From positions 9,548,001 through 9,612,000 of the forward strand of contig OX597828.1 of assembly GCA_951406725.2 (NCBI GenBank): a DNA stretch of 64,000 nucleotides, read 5' to 3'. Shown piece after piece: positions 14,866-27,879 of the stretch. The DNA comes from Octopus vulgaris. Its lineage: Eukaryota. Position numbers and translations under genes: made by a program. Position 1 is the first letter of the stretch; each line of letters begins with the position of its first letter. Under the pieces are notes generated by a model. It was not told where the DNA came from, ran no database searches, and worked only from the letters and a program-made list of their open reading frames with translations.

Positions 14866-16398
14866 TAAGGGTTTTGCTGATTTTGGCTACAGTGCAATAT
14901 TGTATGCAATGGATAATATAGATTTAAAAAATGATATGCTAACTGTGCCTGAAGTGAGGAAAAGAGAAAGTGTCTTGCTCACCAACGTATGCATTTCGTC
15001 TAAAAGACCTCCTGCCTACACTCATAGATGATGCCAATGGATACGATGTTTGACGACTAAAACCGTTTTACTCTAATCATCTAATCATATATAAGTGTCT
15101 TGTCGGCCATGTATTCTGCATTTTAGCAATTACTAAGATATTATTTTCCTATTTTGATTTGTGCACAATATTTTTACGCTGATAAATTCATAAACTTCAC
15201 TGTACTTTTCGTCATTCATTTATGTTGTGTATTTTTGATGAGTTGCGAGTAACACGAGGAAAGATATGAATTGTCATACTTGCTAAACAAAAATAAGGTA
15301 TAGAAACATCATGAGACATTGACTGCTAATATTTTGCTTGAAAAACAATATTAGTAAAGAATATTTAGCTTTCCACGAATTAAATTTATTTGGAGTAATA
15401 TAACTATATTTTATATAAAGAATGAGAGAGTGACTCATTACTAATCATTGCTAATAAGCCAGAGGACATTTCCGAAATATTTCATAAAGTTCATATCTGT
15501 AGCATCATTAACACGGCCAATATATGTTCCTATTCCTATGTGGATCACATACGGAGTCTGTAGCGTGTCAGAAATTGATAAGGATTGAAGCTAGATGGTA
15601 TGTCATTTTAGTTTGAATATATTTTTTTGTGCGTGTATAAGGGTTTTTATGTATACAGTAATGTTGCAGGAGTTAATGAAGTACTTTCGTGTGCAACTAA
15701 AAAACTTCCATAAAAGTCTGTCATTATTAGTTGTTAAATTAATATATCTTGCACGAACGATAAAAAGTCTGAAATATAATTCATGTAAATCGCTTTTTTG
15801 ATACATCGTATTCTGAATCCACTTTACTTTTATGTTATCATTCTGCTCTATATACAATTAGATTTTTACTATTTTTAACATAAATATTAGAGGGTAATGA
15901 AATTTGCGCGCTAATAACTTACCTTGAAATATATTAATGCAATTATTGGATTTGTGTTTTACGAAACATAATAATCCCTGCTGTAAGAAGAAAAAAAATT
16001 AAATATATAGTCCTCTGAGAACACCACCTTTAAGTAAATGTGATCACTGCAGTCGCCACCATCAACGACATCCACGTTGATACTGATGGTGAAAGAATGT
16101 GCCAAAAATAATCACAGCTGAGAAATAACTTTAATAATAAATGGAGGAAAAGTTTATAAATAGTCAGTGAAAAAACATATTGATATTTGCGACGGTTTTG
16201 TTCACACGTCAGGGAAATTGTGTGAACATATGAACACAAAAAGTCCCATAAAAACACATACAAAATTAAATACAGCAACTCACGCACCTATATTAAAATG
16301 CGTACAGCTAAGCATACAAAAATACACGTACAAACACAAACAATATCGTGTGTTCATATATATACATATATATATGTATATAAATATATGTATATACA

Positions 16399-16463
<65 letters not shown>

Positions 16464-17639
16464 TCATATAAATATATGTATATACATATATGTATATAAA
16501 TATATATATATATATATATATACATATGCTGTATTCAATTCTCACATAGACATAATTGATCACAATTCATGAAAAAAATAATGAAACATGACCAGAAGTT
16601 GACTTGTCTTTTCTGTTAGGATTTTTGCTTTTCATCCATAATCGATGGTGTTGACTGAGGAAAAAAAATAATCATTATATCCCAAATATTCCCGGAATAA
16701 AAACAGGTCCCCAGTGATTGACTTGTTAGAGATGGTTTATTTTGGAAAAGCGATTGACCGAAAGAACACAACAGACCATTTCACAATCTCCTGACAGTTT
16801 TCAAACAAGCGCCGTCTACGTGTTCATTTCGTTGGAGCTTATGCTATTCAGCAGATCCGCATCTTCTTTGCTTGAATGCTACGTTATTCCTTTTGTATTT
16901 TTTTCCCTATCTTTCACATACTATTTCTATGTCTGTCACTCTTCGTTTGTTTTTTTTCCTCTTCTCTATTTCTCTATGATTATTTGCTCACTGTGTGTGA
17001 TATTTTTCAGCTATATAGTAAAATGATGTAAATATCTATGAAAAATAATGTCGTATAGAACACCATAACAATATTGATTTGATATGTCTGTTAATCATTT
17101 ACAGTGAAAAACAATTTCGACCAGATTTCACTTCGTTTTGTTGGCTTTCGGACTGAAATAGGATTAAACTGTTATGCATCGCTAGACATAGCTCAATCAC
17201 ATTTTGATTAGTTAGGTACAACAAAAAATCTCGTTTCCTGAATAGAAACACATGTATGTGTGTGGATGTTTTATAACATTATATTTATATATGCATACAT
17301 TCGAAGAAACTCACTGTTTCAAAAACATCACACATATATAGACATGCGTTCATAAATAAATAACATAAATACAGTGGTACATAGGATATTTCAAACAATA
17401 TCTACCAGTATATAATTATCTATCTCTATACAGGCTCTCTCACTCACATTCACACAAACACTAGCGCGCGCATACGCACACACTTACACAATGATATTTT
17501 GAGAGAGACAGAGACAGAGAGAAGATAGAGCGATGGAGAGGCATAGAGAGTGATATACGAGCAATCGTTCATGAACGCATACGTACATACTCAAACATGT
17601 GTATGGATTGTTTGAAGTGATATATAGAATTTTCTCAAT

Positions 17640-17672
<33 letters not shown>

Positions 17673-17740
17673 CATAAATATGTGTGTGTATTTATATATA
17701 GGTATGTATATATATATATATGTGTGTGTGCGTGTGCGCT

Positions 17741-17788
<48 letters not shown>

Positions 17789-18028
17789 AAAATAAGCGAC
17801 AAGGATATCATAAGGTAATGCAGTACGATCGTTCCATGCGACCCCTTTTACCTGAACAATGCAAACATTACATCAATTCAAAATGTAGTGTAAACTTCAG
17901 CTGCATAAAAATATAGAATTTAGTTAAATTCGAAGGATTCATTTATATAGTTTTCTTTTTATCAAAAATCACAAAGAGGATAAGTAGATAGACAAAGAAC
18001 TTATTCTATCAAGAACATCACATTTGTA

Positions 18029-18064
<36 letters not shown>

Positions 18065-19769
18065 CAATTGCTTAGCTTCGAAATCGCTGTCAACAACATT
18101 CTTGCTGAACACACAAACTAATATATATACTCACTATATACACAAACAGTTCGAAGCACTGTGGGCTACTTCTGCAATGTCGTCATTTGAATCATCATAG
18201 AGAAAGAAGCAAACCTGAACAACCTAATATCAATAACATCGTTACAGTTATTCGTATGCTTTTCTGCTGTTGTTGTTGTTGTTGTTCAACTTTACTTTCT
18301 TGCATTCTTATATTCCCTGGATCTACAACAACCTGTTTTAATTTTGATGGCATTTCTAATACGTCTATTTTCTCACGACTTTTATGGCATTTATATTACG
18401 CCTCTTTTCTCGATCAGATTCTCAAAATTATCGTTATATTATCGATGGCATAAGAAGTAGTCTTATTTATGGATAGCTTGCTACAAAGATTAATGATCAA
18501 ATTTCTCTGATCTCTATAGACAGTATTGTTCTATAAGATTAAGCGATCTGATTTGTAGAAGACTTTTCTTCTGCTAGATTTAATAATAGTGTTAAAAATT
18601 AAGCCTTTTCAAAAATCACATTGACGCACATAGCCTCGTATTCTCAATCCTTTCGATTCATCAATGTTAAAATCATATACATATGTATATAGTTCTTCTG
18701 AGATATGCCTGCTATCTGTTCCCTAGAAATGCAGTGCGAAAATATAGTATTAATTATACAGCACAAAAGTACGATGGATTTAGTCTAAGTTACCAGACGG
18801 TTGTACAACCTCGTTATCCACTACCTTGATTTTTTCATCTACTTCCTGAACAGACAATTCCACGTCAGCTCACGCTACTGGAAGTCCATCGTCTTCTACG
18901 TACATTTCTAATCCAATACATGGCAATACAAAACATTAAGAATTTTGGCAAAGATCTTTCAAATCTACGTAGACCATAGACGTTAAAATGTTCACATATG
19001 CTGTCATGACTTAGCGCTATTTAGTCATAGGACGATTTTTATAATGAAAGCAATTCCTATATCGACCGTCTTGTGCGATTTCCCCACTACGTTTACTCGA
19101 TTTTATAAACGGTAAGTTTAGATTTTGAATGAGAATTTTTTGCTATGTCGAGTAAAATGAGCTATGAGAGTAAGTGGTCTATCACTGTGTCGTGTCATTA
19201 ATAATGAATGATTTTTAAAATATTGCAATACGTCCTAGAGATTTGACTCGCTAACCTTAAGAAGTTAATGTCACTTACTGAAACAACGGCGGATCACTGA
19301 CGACAGATGAAGATGAATGTTAATAAATAGAAGTAGTAAGATAATAATCATGCATTTATATGTTGTATACAACGGATCATATCCAGAGATAATTAGAAAC
19401 TTGGTAACATGTTCCGCTAATATGGTCCAATTCAATATTAATAGTTCACATACTATGATATGTGACGAATTTATTAATTAACTTTGTCACCAATCGTCCT
19501 TCACTGTTTAATAGATCGCTTTGTTCCTTGCTTCTGATTTAAGTGGCTATGATACGAAAGTTTATTATCCCAATCTCAACCCTAACCGAGCAGCCATGTT
19601 ACCAGGAGTATCATAGTGGACGTTTTTCGTACATTTTGTCTTTTGTTCCGTGTACCTCCCACCAGTGTTTTGTGGGCAGGAAGACCATTGGAATTGAGGT
19701 AAGCTACTCATCATTTATTAAAGCACGTCGATCAGAGAATATCACTCTATTATGAAACCAGATATGAAG

Positions 19770-20150
19770 GGAATGCCATAGAACATTCCGGGGAGCATTT
19801 GCTACCTTCTTAAATTCATGGTGCTCTCACATTCCTGAGAATACAACACATAGAATCTTGCCTTGGCATGTCTTTGGATCATATCAACAGGATGGGGAGG
19901 ATCCTTGAGCTGCTGTGCAAGCCTCCTTCAAACAATAGTTTGAGGTTGTGCAATCGCTGGCAAAGTAAATTCCCGACACGCCGTGGAGTTAGTGGGCGCC
20001 GCGCTGACAGTGGGGCTGCGGGCGCAAACCCGAGGGAAGTCGAACACGTGTGCAATAAAATTATGCATGGGCATTGCTGGCATACTGCATGGACAATGGT
20101 TAGTGATGGGCTTTCTCAGTTGCGAGTAGACACACATCATCATTGTAAGT
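19770..20150 (+). mobile_element. GC-rich island, possibly a Mutator-like (MULE) transposase relic
   Basis: One frame reads [32 protein letters not shown], resembling the MULE CxWH region, followed by stops. Weak. Confidence 0.25.
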
Positions 20151-20231
20151 ACGTACATACGCATGTATGTATTATGTATGCATATATATACATATGTATA
20201 CATGTATATACATACATCATACACACAAGCA

Positions 20232-20284
<53 letters not shown>

Positions 20285-20297
<13 letters not shown>

Positions 20298-20944
20298 TTA
20301 GAATTTTCTCTGACTTCTCAGATTTTTGTATGCTGGACTACTGGTTTTAAATTGATATTAAAATTAATATTAATTTATCTCCCTCATTATTTAAATATTG
20401 AAATAAATACGTTCTCTAGTAGTAAGCACCAACCGCAGTGAATTATTTACTGCAGCCCTTCGCCTCAGGAATTTATTAGCGCGCCAGAGCCAAGATATTT
20501 GAAATTTTATCACTAGTGTAATCGGTAAAACTATACACGTGTATGTACTGGCACGGAAAGCTGGGATAATTTTTTTTTTCAATTTACATTACAATGAACG
20601 AATGCACTGAAGAAGCACGGAAATTTGAATTGCGTAAGTAATTCTTTTGTTAAAGGCCGAAACCGAGGTATGCATTTAATTCTGTTTTTTATATAAATTT
20701 TCATCTGTCCTGCCCGCTAAATTTGGTTCTGGTGTTCGCTGTATTTTTCCTCTAGAGAATTTCCTTGTAGTTTGATCGTTGATGGTCTATTTCTAGCATA
20801 CGGCCGACTCCCTAGCAGTAAGCCCTGCCAATATATACATATATCAGAATTTTCTCTGACTCCTCAGATTTTTGTATGCTGGACTACTGGTTTTAAATTG
20901 ATATTAAAATTAATATTAATTTATCTCCCTCATTATTTAAATAT
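20285..20944 (+). mobile_element. Hammerhead-bearing retroelement unit (solo Penelope pLTR or retrozyme) bounded by 114-bp direct repeats
   Basis: Direct repeats at 20285-20398 and 20831-20944 (2 mismatches); STNRSELFTAALRLRNLL at ~20425-20480 resembles a PLE ORF C-terminus; hammerhead at 20601-20676. Confidence 0.65.
20601..20676 (+). ncRNA. Type I hammerhead ribozyme
   Basis: Stem I AATGCA(20601-06)/TGCATT(20671-76); CTGAAGA 20607-13; long stem II containing GAATTGC-GTAA-GTAATTC; GAAA 20659-62; short stem III ACC-GA-GGT; GTA cleavage triplet, cut after 20670. The base of stem II has one mismatch. Confidence 0.8.
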
Positions 20945-21214
20945 ATATAAATATATATATATCAATATTAATAATACGGTGATTGTTTCTTGTCAGGAAC
21001 AAAAGGATTAATAGGACTGCTATAGAAGTGCTCTATTGAAAGAGACAAAAATATCAAACTCGTGAAGCGTTCCATATTTTTGGGATAAGTAAATATGGTT
21101 CCCTTCTTAACTATAAGGCTTCTTTTACCTGAATAATAATTTATTTAATAATATTTCTAAACGATGAACTTTTATTTTATTTATATGATATATATTATAT
21201 ATTTTTTATATGCT

Positions 21215-21256
<42 letters not shown>

Positions 21257-21534
21257 TTTTATATACCTATATATTTTTATATATTACTTATATTATATTT
21301 TTACTTTCTACGTCTTTTTTAAAAAAATGTATTTCTTCTGAATCGCTAAAATATTAACTCTAAATTTTTGATGCTAAGAATTTTTTCTCGCACCTTATTA
21401 TTATTATGTGCTAGTCTGCTTATACAGATGAATTATATTCCATCTTGCGGGATGTTTATATGTATATTCTATGATTAAATGTTCGAATTATGAAATGATA
21501 TGCGGATGACCTTGCATTTATATATATATATATG

Positions 21535-21570
<36 letters not shown>

Positions 21571-21574
<4 letters not shown>

Positions 21575-21715
21575 ATCCAAACATGAAAACACACAGAGAA
21601 AACACAACAACGCGAGGACATGGAACAAATATAGTGTTATTGGGCGCTCAGGAAGGAAGGAAAGATCCAAAGACGGGAACACGGAGGAAAAAACCGCCAA
21701 CGGTACACACGCGGT

Positions 21716-21718
<3 letters not shown>
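21571..21718 (-). mobile_element. PLE terminal-repeat fragment lacking the hammerhead core
   Basis: 21627-21718 aligns to the reverse complement of 63073-63215 except for the central ribozyme segment. Confidence 0.65.
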
Positions 21719-21807
<89 letters not shown>

Positions 21808-21820
21808 AATAAATAAATAA

Positions 21821-21879
<59 letters not shown>

Positions 21880-22115
21880 AATTATTATAAAAATTACAAT
21901 TTAGGTACTTCCACGCTGGAAACAGCAGCCAAAACTTGACTCTAAAACCACATTAAATGTTCGTACAGCCCCAGGAGACAAGACAAAAAGACAAAATAAA
22001 CTAGCAAAAAATTACTAGATAATTCCAGATCCCAGACTTCTGACTTTGCATAAGAAATGCTTTGACTCATCAGTGGAATATACAGATAGTAACATAAATA
22101 CACACACACACACAA

Positions 22116-22147
<32 letters not shown>

Positions 22148-22223
22148 CATACGAATACTTACATATACGAACGTATACATACATATGCACTTATTCACAC
22201 GACCATTTTTTTTATATTACGTT

Positions 22224-22262
<39 letters not shown>

Positions 22263-22743
22263 AAACATGCATGCAACCAGAAATTCTTGAAATTATAAAA
22301 ATAGAAGAACGGAACTAAAATCATTTTAAGAACAGAACAATTCTTACAGGTATGACTCACGATTATTTTCAACATTTTTCTACAATTTTACTTCGATTTT
22401 AACAGGCGCGACTGTAGGTGGTAATATATTCATTCTCACCGCTATTCTTTTTTTAATGGCGTCTCCTTTAGAAACAATAGAATGCGTTGTTTGTTGGGAT
22501 GAACATTATGATGAATGGTTATTTCTGTGCCTTTCTGTATGAGTGTGTGTGGAGTTCCCTAGTGCGCATTTGTGTGAGTGTTTGTAGGATTTTACGTTAG
22601 TTTCTCAGCAATTTAAAGATAGATACTCATCTGACAGCTATGTACTCCGATGTATGTGTCACTCTCATTTGAAATATTGCCGTAGTATCACAATTCAGCA
22701 GGTATTTGGGATTCTGCCATGTCGTCCTCAACTACACAAGAGT

Positions 22744-22845
<102 letters not shown>

Positions 22846-22846
22846 C

Positions 22847-22877
<31 letters not shown>

Positions 22878-23634
22878 AGTGTGTGTGTGTTTGTGTGTTT
22901 GTAATTATGGAATTATGTATGGTGGTATGCAAGAATTTTTGTCAAGAGGAATGCATATTTAATATATGCATTATTACAGTCAGCATTATTCAATATACGT
23001 TTCAAAATGTTTAATTTAAGGAATTCTTTTTAGTGTTGAGAAAATCAAGAACAAATTTAGTAAGGAAAGAAATACGTATATTACTCTCACGTATGTTAAA
23101 TGAAAATCACATTTAAATATCGCATCGACCAGCCTGAAAGTATTAATTAAAATTTCGGGGATAGGAAATTCGTGAGTTGATTACAACACAAAATATCAAT
23201 GATAAATGCGTCTTTTTTAATTAGATTAGGCAAAGAATTGATGATGTTTTATTCCTTTAAGTCTTTATTTTTTTTCTTGTTCATCTTCTTGTCGTTAGTG
23301 TTGTCCATCTTGATTTCATTATTTCAAGTTGTGACGTGTAGAATGGCCTCACTAACATGAAATACAACGAAAAAGTCTAAATCAATAATTAAAATCACGC
23401 ACACAGACATAAACATAGAATCTCTCTCACACACACATGTACAAGTACTTCAATTAAATTGTAGAATGTTAATACGCTTATGACAACGAACCGAAGTAGG
23501 AGGCTCTATTTGGTCACAGAACATGCTGAAAATAGCAACAAAGTTTCACTACAATACCTAATGTTTATTAATAAACGACATACTCTATCATTTATATAGA
23601 GAAGAAATTGAATACTATCCGGAGTAATCACAGA

Positions 23635-23790
23635 TTTCAAATTTCGGCTCAAGGCCAGCAATTTTGGGGTAGTTTGTAAATCGATTAAATCAACCCCAGT
23701 CATCACGTAGTATATATTTTATTGACCCCGAAATAATGCAAGGCAAAGTCGACCTTGGCGGAATTTGAACACAGAGCGTAAATATCGGAT
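23635..23790 (-). mobile_element. SINE family A, degenerate
   Basis: gaccccgaaataatgcaaggcaaagtcgaccttggcggaatttgaac. Confidence 0.8.
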
Positions 23791-24164
23791 TAATTATCTA
23801 CCAGAAATGTTTGGTCTTTATGGATATCAAGTCTGTAGCTTGAGCTTTGCCTTGAGCAGTCGCATAACTTGAGTGAGGGTTGTGAGGTAGCGATGAGGAT
23901 TAGGGTTGTGAGTAGAACGAAATTTTGCGGACTACTGTAATAAGCCTTTTACAGAATGTAGGCGTTCCACTAGGCGGCAATCTGAAGTACTTCCTCAGGT
24001 GTCACACACATTAGCTACACTACTGATTCGAAGGCAAAACAACAACACTTATGACAAACATTACCATATAGGTTTCAGTATACTTCTAACGTTTGATACA
24101 TTGTTTTATTCTTACGCAATGATGTTTGTTGTTTCGTATTATCATTTATATCATCGATAGTGAT

Positions 24165-24362
24165 TTCAAAATTTAGAACAAGGCAGCAATTCGGGAGAGA
24201 GTGTCAGTCGATTACATAGACCCTCCCCCATGCTCAACTGGTATTTATTTTACCGACTACGAAAGTGAACATCGGAGAAATTTGAACTCAAAATGTAAAG
24301 ACAGACAAAACGCCGCTAAACATATTTCTCGGCGTAATAACGAATCTGCCAGCTCTCCGCCT
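24165..24362 (-). mobile_element. SINE family A, degenerate
   Basis: gtcgattacataga..caactggta..aaatttgaactca..ctgccagctc. Confidence 0.75.
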
Positions 24363-24892
24363 GATTCATACCATTAGAATAATGAATTTTGTTCGAGGTG
24401 GCGTGTCGGCATTTCAATACATTTAACACACTTTATATTTGAATTTGCTTTAAATGTATACACACAGTTTTGGTATTAGTTCTCTATCACCGTTCCCATG
24501 GAGGGTATTTCAAGTCTAATATTGCTGAATGCAATTAGTTGAAGAAGGGTTTTTAGATGTTTGAGAAGTTTGATATTGTGTTTAGTCATGAATGAAATTC
24601 GTGAAGAGAACAACAGACAATGGTACCAAGTTTGCCTATTACTTTTTCACCAAACTTCAAATTTAGTATTCCATTGTGGGAATTCCTTAATGTTAGTGTA
24701 GATAATGAATTATCGCAACAACATGGTTCACCCTACGTTATCTTGGTTATAAACCCTTTTGTCACAAGAAAAAAAAACGTGCAAATTTTGTCGGCTGATC
24801 CTAAAATTTAAGAGTCGTTTCCCTTACACAGTATTATAATCTCATTTTCCAACATTCATGCATACTTCTTTCATAATATATTTCTTTTATAA

Positions 24893-25127
24893 GGTGGCGA
24901 GCTGGCAGTAACGCTAGCACGCCGGGCGAAGTGCATAGCCGTAATTTGTCTGCCGTTACGTTCTGAGTTCAAATTCCGCCGAGGTCGACTTTGCCTTTCA
25001 TCCTTTCGGGGTCGATTAAATAAGTACCAGTTACGCACTGGGGTCTATATAATCGACTTAATCCGTTTGTCTGTCCTTGTTTGTCCTGTCTGTGTTTAGC
25101 CCCTTGTGGGCAATAAAGAAATAAGAA
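24893..25127 (+). mobile_element. tRNA-derived SINE family A, near full length
   Basis: A box (TGGCAGTAACG), B box (GTTCAAATTCC), central gtcgactttgcctttcatcctttcggggtcgat, A-rich tail. Confidence 0.92.
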
Positions 25128-25187
25128 ACTCATGTTGGCTTTAAGTGCAATATGCACACTTGTTTATATCGCTAGCAGGGAGACTGC

Positions 25188-25199
25188 GACGTCACGTGA
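25188..25199. promoter_or_regulatory. Overlapping CRE-like and E-box motif GACGTCACGTGA
   Basis: Motif match in a locally CpG-richer unique segment; a second TCACGTGA at 25869-25876. No TSS evidence. Confidence 0.2.
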
Positions 25200-25671
25200 T
25201 TTCGACCTTGCTTAGCCTTATCAATGATGGACGCTCTACCGCTAGATTTAGCAGTGATTCATCTTCCCACCAGCGATATATCGAATAACAGTGTCAGAAA
25301 AGATGTTTGTGTCGCGGTTAGCCGTTGAAATTGTTTTTAAAAAAAGGCACCACATGACCTATGGGTCTCGCTGCTGGATGTGTGGATGTGGTAGGGATGT
25401 ACTCTTCGCTAGCGATACAAAAAAAGGTGTATTTTTCCCAAAAATGCCAGTCTGAGAGATTCTCACGTTGTAACTACCGTAGTATAGTTTGTTCTACCAG
25501 GACATCCACTTTTAAGTGGGGATAAATATTACTTCCCGGTATTAATTCTGCCACTGCGGCTAATAAATGTATATTAACCATAAATATTGCCCCTCGGTAT
25601 TATTGATGGCTCGGTCGCTAATAAACACCTTGTTGTATGCCTTTTAAAGCCCGTTCACTATATTCGGTTAC

Positions 25672-25756
25672 CAGGACGTCCACAACAGTACAGAGGTACT
25701 TTCCACTGGATTTACTTCAGGAAGCTCTTTGTATCTCTTCAGGAATCTCTCTGTAC
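25672..25756 (-). CDS. Candidate 85-nt exon (GTERFLKRYKELPEVNPVESTSVLLWTS), unknown gene
   Basis: Acceptor tctttcatatttctgtaaaccgtacag| and donor |gtaacc; only one frame is open. Confidence 0.3.
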
Positions 25757-26034
25757 CTGTACGGTTTACAGAAATATGAAAGATAATGGAATTCACGAGA
25801 CTGTATTCACTATGATCCATCGTGCACCTGTACCTCGCAAGAGATGATGTACAAACAGTCGTGATGCATCACGTGAGTCCCCTCAGGTGACTTGTCAAAA
25901 TGTATATCGTTTCTTATTCACCGATTCGCTTATTTCTATAACAGTTCATTTTGATTCCCTGTGGAAGACCGTAGTACGCTACAACTACCAATTATATACA
26001 TACGTATATGTGTGCGTATTTGCGCACACACAGA

Positions 26035-26218
<184 letters not shown>

Positions 26219-26598
26219 TACAGCAATAAGAAATCTCTGAGCGAGATATATATATATATTCAAGTATGCATAAGGTTCATTTGATACATACTCTTACACC
26301 TATACACGCATATATCTTTGATACATACACGGAAATGTCTGTATATCAAATGAACTAGGAAACAATACGAAATATACAAACTGTTACAAGTACACATACG
26401 TCTCTTAACATCCAACATCAGATGATTGTTGGTAATTTGTCTGGCTGGAATTAAATACGCCCTAAATTAGAAATGAAAGAATAATAGAACCCGTGTAAAT
26501 ACACTGTGAATAAGTTCTTTCTTCTTCATGACCTCTGTCAACCAAGGGTTATAAATATTATCATTCTTCTCTACTTTTAGGAGCTAACTCTTTTCAAA

Positions 26599-26848
26599 CT
26601 ATGCTGGCGATAAATATTTGCGAAAACCCGGAAGCTCTTCAAAACAGTCAAACAATTGTTTGCCTTTACAGATATCTTTGCTTCTAGTGTAGTTAATACT
26701 TTCCCATAAAGAAATTCGCTGGTAATATATGGCTAGAGGAAACTCTTCGATTTTTGCATGTTTTCTAACACAATCGATTAGCGCAAGTGCTGGTCGCAAA
26801 CAATTATTGGCTTTGATACCAATTCTTTGCCATTTCCATGGCAATAAT
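26599..26848 (-). CDS. Candidate terminal coding exon (LLPWKWQRIG...LPGFRKYLSPA*), unknown protein
   Basis: Acceptor catgttgttcattcag|; 82 non-repetitive codons of protein-like composition, ending in TAG. Confidence 0.45.
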
Positions 26849-27879
26849 CTGAATGAACAACATGATAGGTTACCAGTGATAAAATAATTTGTAATGTGAA
26901 TAGACAGTCTAATCTGCGTCAGACCTGATTATCAATGCTATTCATTTTACATGGCATGTTTTCCACCCTCCAGGATGTTTTGCTTCTTCCGAACGAATAT
27001 TCTAATTACAGCTTCAATATTTCTGCGCGAGCCTAACAGTTAACATTTATAGCTGTGTTACATTTATAACATTTATAGCTGTGTTATTGGACAGCTATCT
27101 GTTTGGGTTTATAGCAACATAAAGACTCTAAGATAATGATAAACTGTGTGAGATACACACACAAAACATACACACACACATACACTCACATTCACTCAAA
27201 TACTCGTGCACTCACACACACCTGCAAGCATACAGAAATGTATGCATGTGTATATAAAGAAAAACATAGAGCATAAGAAATAATGTGAATGTGTAAGTGT
27301 ACTAATTTGCCGGCATATAGCTAAATGAACGCAAATGATAATCAGACACACGAAAACATAGCAATTATCAAGTAATATATAATGTTATATAACCACACAC
27401 GCTTACACACAAATTGGATCTTCGTCGACAGCTACGATGTGTATTGTGCCACTTGAACAAATGAACTACCTACGAGATTAACTATGTGAAACTGGCAAGT
27501 GATACCACAAACACGTGGACTCTTTTTGTAATTTTCGTCTAAAGTCAGCGTGACACAGTGTTTGACAACACTTAGCCTATACCTATGTGATTCAATGCAC
27601 AAGGCTAGGTGCTACGGGAATTTATGGTAAAATATATTGGCGTATGATGCTACGTAAATTCGAACGAGTTCAAAGTCCAGTGACTATGATATGAGCATGT
27701 TAACAGTTACACTTTGCGTTTGGTTTTTAATTCTGTTAGTTGTTTCTGTGGTAGGACTGCAGTCATTTTGGAGCACCGCTTTAATTAATTTTCTCAATGT
27801 TTTTCTTTTGTTGCTTTATGGCTAAATATTTGTCTAGTTGTAGCTCTCCATCTTCCGGGATTGTCTATAAGAGATAATC

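Noticed and set aside
27400-27600. Apparent minus-strand exon with a gtaagc donor
   Set aside because: The sequence is a decayed copy of the SINE at 49900-50217.
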